39,946 bases of DNA from Octopus bimaculoides. Its lineage: Eukaryota. Within the stretch, counting starts at the first letter, position 1. Each line of letters opens with the position of its first letter. The position numbers and the translations under genes were made by a program. Under the pieces are notes generated by a model that was not told where the DNA came from, did no database searches, and saw nothing but the letters and a program-made list of their open reading frames with translations. Positions 38,642 to 39,946 of this stretch are shown one piece after another. The DNA lies in NCBI RefSeq assembly GCF_001194135.2, contig NC_068983.1, positions 123,198,303-123,238,248 on the forward strand. The letters are read 5' to 3'.

Positions 38642-39130
38642 ATATATTTATTTATCAATAGATAGAGATTTATTTATTGATTTTATTGGATTGATCCACA
38701 TATGAGATGGAGTTGCTCTTAATTACCATTCTGTAATTATAACACATGCTCTAGAAACTGATAATTTTAATAAATCAAGAATTTGTTATACGACATACTT
38801 GGCTATGTTGTATATACATAACCCATGCTAGCATGGAAAATAGACATAAAATGCTGATGATGATGATACACACTTAAACACAAATACATTCAAGCATATG
38901 ATATTACTACCTCTAAGTCAATGTTGTTTGTTATGATATTATAAATATTTAAATGTTTGAACTTGTAACTGTCTAGTGATTATCCATTTTTGTAATGACT
39001 GAGAGATTTTTACTTCAATACATTCTTGATTTTTTTATTTTTACAGGCATCCAATGTAAATGTCGACCCATTTCAAGTGGCTACCAAAGTCCGGAATTTT
39101 ATTGCAAAAATGACCAGTGCTAAAAGTTAA
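2729..39130 (+). CDS. 12-exon gene, 456-aa GalT/HIT-superfamily protein with N-terminal hydrophobic segment. join(2729..2923,6297..6397,7021..7159,8108..8211,10211..10267,17974..18141,20921..21051,22181..22323,25513..25597,34707..34765,36684..36788,39047..39130)
   Basis: Manual splicing. Every intron has a GTRAG/GTAAA-type donor and a pyrimidine-rich AG acceptor; end phases 0,2,0,2,2,2,1,0,1,0,0 match; 1371 nt with no internal stop. Motifs in GalT order: R165-S-K-R-P169, C192-D-F-C195, H227, H285-P-H-M-H289, C-terminal SLELFAASNVNVDPFQVA. Family assignment is by motif recall, not a database search. Confidence 0.9.
3465..3780 (+). mobile_element. Degenerate tRNA-derived SINE
   Basis: tRNA-like head remnant, then gtgttgtgttcttgagcaagacact...tgctccagttcactcagct core shared with 21550-21780 and (minus) 18490-18605. 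Confidence 0.6.
4456..4617 (-). mobile_element. 3' end of (GAT)n-tailed RTE-type retroposon
   Basis: catcatcatcattatcgtttaacgtccgctttccatgctagcatgggttggac...; the same tail recurs at least nine times in the window. Confidence 0.8.
4619..4853 (+). mobile_element. RTE-clade LINE ORF2 C-terminal fragment
   Basis: MLRWMCNVSVHTRQSVSTLREKIDLRSISCGVQERRLRWYGHVARMDED, then ...EGTCGRGRPRKTWDEVVKH after a frameshift. Confidence 0.85.
5081..5355 (-). mobile_element. (GAT)n-tailed retroposon 3' region with GTGCC-N3-GGCAC-type modules, cut by gap
   Basis: Close match to 26835-27130 and 37016-37292. Confidence 0.85.
5945..6210 (-). mobile_element. RTE-clade LINE fragment (post-RT Cys/His-rich region)
   Basis: VCSKGVGSNSIRCTRCKLWTHKRCSNIKGRLTTKLVFVCGRCS...LEVVDSFRYLGDQVSSGGGC; homologous to 28400-28660. 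Confidence 0.85.
6297..6397 (+). CDS. Exon 2: EWFKLHCWNNEKISISNLYSVLKTLKMSSLNEC(R)
   Basis: tttcag acceptor, gtaagt donor, phase 0 to 2. Confidence 0.8.
7021..7159 (+). CDS. Exon 3: ELYDRISSIFSVTQRSGQLVLPSPFVVKVRKWLGGNPSLFAEAKYQ
   Basis: ttctctctccatcag acceptor, gtaagt donor, phase 2 to 0. Confidence 0.88.
7434..7650 (+). mobile_element. Degenerate tRNA-derived SINE ((ATT)n-tailed family)
   Basis: aaggcagtgagctgacagaat head, gagttcaaat B-box-like, gactttacctgtcatc...ccagctgagtactgg core, tgtgccaaaattt end. Confidence 0.7.
8108..8211 (+). CDS. Exon 4: HITLAFNEYTRDNTMFNPLRSKRPLQKPNQPQRE(Y)
   Basis: tcttttctag acceptor, gtgagt donor. RSKRP resembles the GalT R-x-x-R-P motif. Confidence 0.9.
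8261..8950 (+). mobile_element. Head-to-tail array of three degenerate (ATT)n-tailed SINE copies
   Basis: Repeated gagttcaaattcc...gactttgcctttcatcc...aagtacca...tgtgccaaaattt units at about 8261-8470, 8525-8720 and 8720-8930, with (ATT)n after the first and third. Confidence 0.75.
8968..9349 (+). mobile_element. Full-length tRNA-derived SINE with 12-bp TSD
   Basis: Head with A box (tggcccagtggtt) and B box (ggtttcgattccc); TSD AAGGTTGTGAGC at 8955-8966 and 9350-9361; inverted copy at 16566-16946. Confidence 0.92.
10211..10267 (+). CDS. Exon 5 (57 nt, phase 2-2): VEKLSEKTGQNCDFCKYS(N)
   Basis: Long T/C tract ending ctgcag, gtaaga donor. CxxC sits where GalT has its CPFC zinc knuckle. Confidence 0.88.
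11054..12289 (-). mobile_element. Non-autonomous Helitron-like element (two gaps; 5' end not seen)
   Basis: On the minus strand a GC hairpin (cccgagcagcgccggg, 11066-11081) lies 8 nt before a terminal CTAG followed by T, in an (AT)n target. Internal (CCCTAA)-like and (TTTC)n repeats. Continuity across gap 11397-11684 is assumed. Confidence 0.5.
13990..14155 (+). mobile_element. tRNA-derived SINE 5' half (family with internal TA/TG microsatellite)
   Basis: ggcgcaggagtggctgtgtggtaag...ggttcattcccactgcgtggcaccttgggcaagtgtcttctactatagc; minus-strand relative at 36325-36484. Confidence 0.8.
14690..14932 (+). mobile_element. 3' half of the same SINE family
   Basis: ttgacaaccgatgctggtgtgtttacgtccccgtaacttagcgg...ggtgctccagc...gcagtcaaatgactgaaaca; relatives at 31295-31450, 33670-33875 and (minus) 35435-35640. 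Confidence 0.75.
15582..17574 (-). mobile_element. Internally deleted, degenerate piggyBac transposon (SINE nested inside)
   Basis: Minus-strand remnants: acidic N-terminal stretch (~17040-17120), DGIVVAE*KDRHDVLMLSMKH, YNTMKQGTDISEQMASYFTPLRKSIR*, and Cys-rich end KRCVDCYS...AYCAECTDNPSLCLAYFSKKH* (stop 16016-16018). Ends TTAA-CACATTGGCTCC (15582-15597) and GGAGCCAATGCG-TTGA (17559-17574). Confidence 0.85.
16566..16946 (-). mobile_element. Full-length tRNA-derived SINE with 12-bp TSD
   Basis: Reverse complement of 8968-9349 with about 25 substitutions by eye; TSD TGTTTCATAGAT at 16552-16563 and 16947-16958. Confidence 0.92.
17974..18141 (+). CDS. Exon 6: FTAEDLFGRIESKHSFTAANAFKYDAWHALVITRKHHPLKWSEDIFLDCMKVARE(W)
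   Basis: ctttctcttctag acceptor, gtgagt donor; lies within track ORF 17927..18145. Confidence 0.92.
18439..18840 (-). mobile_element. Two adjacent degenerate SINEs (18439-18605 and about 18634-18840)
   Basis: Reverse complements of the families at 3465/21550 and 7434/8261. Confidence 0.6.
19147..19293. repeat. Compound microsatellite (CT)n(ATCT)n (core 19206-19293); one of many simple repeats, e.g. (TA)n 2333-2366, (ATT)n 8470-8520, (TTTC)n 12045-12145, (TC)n 13204-13270, (TA)n(GATA)n 38105-38263
   Basis: Direct reading. Confidence 0.9.
20921..21051 (+). CDS. Exon 7 (catalytic motif): YEKVHSVDIRYKLPTLLWDLLPHASASQVHPHMHINLLPDRYY(G)
   Basis: cattacag acceptor, gtaaat donor; HPHMH at 21009-21023. 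Confidence 0.92.
21550..21780 (+). mobile_element. Degenerate tRNA-derived SINE
   Basis: ggagacacatggcttagtgattagg head, ttgattcctgg B-box-like, tgctccagtctactcagct core. Confidence 0.65.
22181..22323 (+). CDS. Exon 8: VIENWRIAAEHFSNDYPERNYFSEVLYIHSMLDLAFHYKTAAAFANI
   Basis: tttccttacag acceptor, gtgagt donor, phase 1 to 0. Confidence 0.9.
23633..24500. mobile_element. Old RTE-type 3' regions (degenerate tail on minus at 23633-23790, purine-rich segment, second tail on plus at about 24230-24290)
   Basis: Degenerate gatgcccttcctaat and ccatgc...gcatggaaaa...gatgatga motifs. Confidence 0.45.
25513..25597 (+). CDS. Exon 9: TPKKDNEIVVLGEAPNDDFFKLLYYVLR(A)
   Basis: ttttcatttag acceptor, gtaaac donor, phase 0 to 1. 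Confidence 0.88.
25827..25886 (+). mobile_element. Short 5'-truncated (GAT)n-tailed retroposon end
   Basis: cagtcaaatcgtccaacccatgctaggcatggaaagcagacgttaaacaatgatgatga. Confidence 0.8.
25898..26108. mobile_element. Hairpin MITE, 86-bp TIRs, 39-nt loop, TA-flanked
   Basis: 25898-25983 versus reverse complement of 26023-26108: 4 mismatches, no indels. Confidence 0.9.
26835..27130 (+). mobile_element. (GAT)n-tailed retroposon 3' region with two hairpin modules
   Basis: ...gtgccggtggcacgtaaaagcacc...ggttggcgttaggaagggcatccagctgtagaaac...gatgatgatga. Confidence 0.88.
27135..29505 (-). mobile_element. Degenerate RTE-clade LINE: RT domain, post-RT region and probable 3' UTR
   Basis: GKSTTDAIFQVRQLQ...LYLAFINLEKAFNRV...GVHQHSVLSPFLF...QYTDDL (YADD-like, about 29100-29117), EVVDSFCYL, HGSETW, RLCWFGHV, GRGKPRKTW; stops and frameshifts. 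The assignment of 27135-27870 as UTR is inferred. Confidence 0.9.
30690..31292 (+). mobile_element. Longest (GAT)-tail-family copy, about five hairpin modules
   Basis: GTGCC-N3-GGCAC-like units near 30891, 30959, 31024, 31064 and 31128, followed by the shared tail (tail repeat itself degenerate). Confidence 0.75.
31847..32064. mobile_element. Tc1/mariner-like MITE with about 30-bp TIRs and TA ends
   Basis: tataaggtggtccaaaaataggtttacagt versus reverse complement tagagggtggcccaagagtagctttacagt. Confidence 0.7.
32137..32367 (+). mobile_element. RTE-clade LINE fragment (region upstream of RT), cut by gap
   Basis: LNLLKATDQICGWCKVPSRPRVTWWWNKEVDRAIRQKKQAWKDWK...YQCARREARRQV. Confidence 0.85.
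34707..34765 (+). CDS. Exon 10: YIDDMEKLCFSMAIAFPSI
   Basis: ttttctctttccag acceptor, gtaagt donor, phase 1 to 0. Confidence 0.85.
35435..36484 (-). mobile_element. Minus-strand SINE split at its microsatellite by a LINE insertion
   Basis: 3' half 35435-35640 and 5' half 36325-36484 match 14690-14932 and 13990-14155. Confidence 0.75.
35662..36283. mobile_element. BovB-like RTE fragment with inverted 5' part
   Basis: Plus strand about 35980-36283: VLTTLLYGS..W..., CGYSLKDRISNTNLL...LHWAGH..RMSDRRIP. Minus strand 35935-35662: LEQTKWRL...HTCNM...GFKCHIRH and 3' end. Confidence 0.75.
36684..36788 (+). CDS. Exon 11: LKEDVTGRLPVYARLISRGTVGEVRSDISSLELFA
   Basis: Long T tract ending ttttag, gtaagc donor, phase 0-0. 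Confidence 0.9.
37016..37292 (-). mobile_element. (GAT)n-tailed retroposon 3' region
   Basis: Close match to 5081-5355 and 26835-27130. Confidence 0.88.
37610..37860 (-). mobile_element. Older (GAT)n-tailed retroposon 3' region
   Basis: catcatttaacgtcc...ggatgcccttcctgatgccaaccac. Confidence 0.65.
38473..38578 (-). mobile_element. Short (GAT)n-tailed retroposon end abutting a long (TA)n
   Basis: (CAT)n cgtttaacatccgctttccatgctagcatgggttgg...ccaggctccaat. Confidence 0.85.
39047..39130 (+). CDS. Exon 12 (last coding): ASNVNVDPFQVATKVRNFIAKMTSAKS*
   Basis: ttttacag acceptor, TAA at 39128-39130. With exon 11 it resembles the GalT C-terminal G-F-E-L...I-N-x-V-x-P-E-x-A-A pattern. Confidence 0.88.
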   Translation, partial: ASNVNVDPFQVATKVRNFIAKMTSAKS

Positions 39131-39759
39131 CTCTTCACCAGTATTATTGTTGCTATTATTTTTATTTAAATTTTTTCTTCATCATTTCAAAGTGCTCTTG
39201 ATGTTGCTGCAGCCTTTGTATTAGAGCTCTGTTAGTTTCATTGTCTTACATTGCATGCTCTAATGGCTGGCTACCGTAGCCCATCATTTGGCATTTGAAT
39301 GATTTCTTGATCTCTGTATAGACACACTGCAGCATGTGTTGCTTTGTCACATGGGATTTTGAACAATGCATTCGGCAATTCCAGTCTTTCAAATCTTTAT
39401 AAACTCTGTATTGATAAATGATCACTTGCACAACATCTATACACTTGGATATCTCTTGATATAGATATTTTACACATCACATCACATACAGTTCTAGACA
39501 CAGACGTATGCAGATATCAATATAGACATTGATATTAATATCTGAACATTTGCTTACACTCTTTTATAAACATACTCAAACATACTTTAAAAGGTAAAAC
39601 ACACTCTCAGTGACATACACACACATCACACATGTATATTCAAATTTACAAATTAGACAAAACAATGTTCAATTTATATTACAGAGTTTTTTTTTTTTTC
39701 TATTCAAACCTCTGGCCTCCCCAAAAGTATCAAGATAGAGAAGCACCAACTTCAAATAC

Positions 39760-39796
<37 letters not shown>

Positions 39797-39946
39797 ATTG
39801 CAGCGTGGAAGGTGCTTATAAGCCATTTAAAATAACACACAAAATCCGTTAGATTCACTTCAACATTTAAATTTAATTTGTCAAAATATTTTCGTCGCTT
39901 TGAGACCGCGACCTGTTCACTGACAAAATTCTGTGCTGCATCTGAG
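39797..39946. repeat. Probable interspersed repeat running off the window end (class uncertain)
   Basis: CpG-containing block after (TA)n; ttcgtcgctttgagaccgcgacctgttcactg loosely recalls Penelope-like termini. Single copy here. Confidence 0.3.

Noticed and set aside
230-39835. Short low-complexity ORFs (YIYI, LSLS, NNNN, FFF rich)
   Set aside because: Translations of microsatellites and AT-rich intron sequence.

Overview
AT-rich, microsatellite- and retroelement-rich eukaryotic DNA with eight N-gaps. The repeat content looks like an octopus (coleoid cephalopod) genome; this is inference from recalled repeat types, not a search. The ORF track misses the main feature: a 12-exon + strand gene (ATG 2729 to TAA 39130) that I spliced by hand. 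All 11 introns are GT-AG with matching phases, giving 1371 nt and a 456-aa protein. It carries GalT/HIT-superfamily motifs in order (FNPLRSKRP, CDFC, WHALVITRKH, ASQVHPHMH, and a GalT-like C-terminus) plus an N-terminal hydrophobic anchor or signal. It therefore looks like a GalT-fold enzyme with a hydrolase-type HxHxH triad aimed at the secretory pathway. The introns hold RTE-clade LINE fragments (one or two with 5'-inversion geometry), several tRNA-derived SINE families, an internally deleted piggyBac, a Helitron-like element and hairpin MITEs. An inverted SINE pair flanks the frame-preserving CxxC exon. No rRNA, true tRNA or CRISPR was found.
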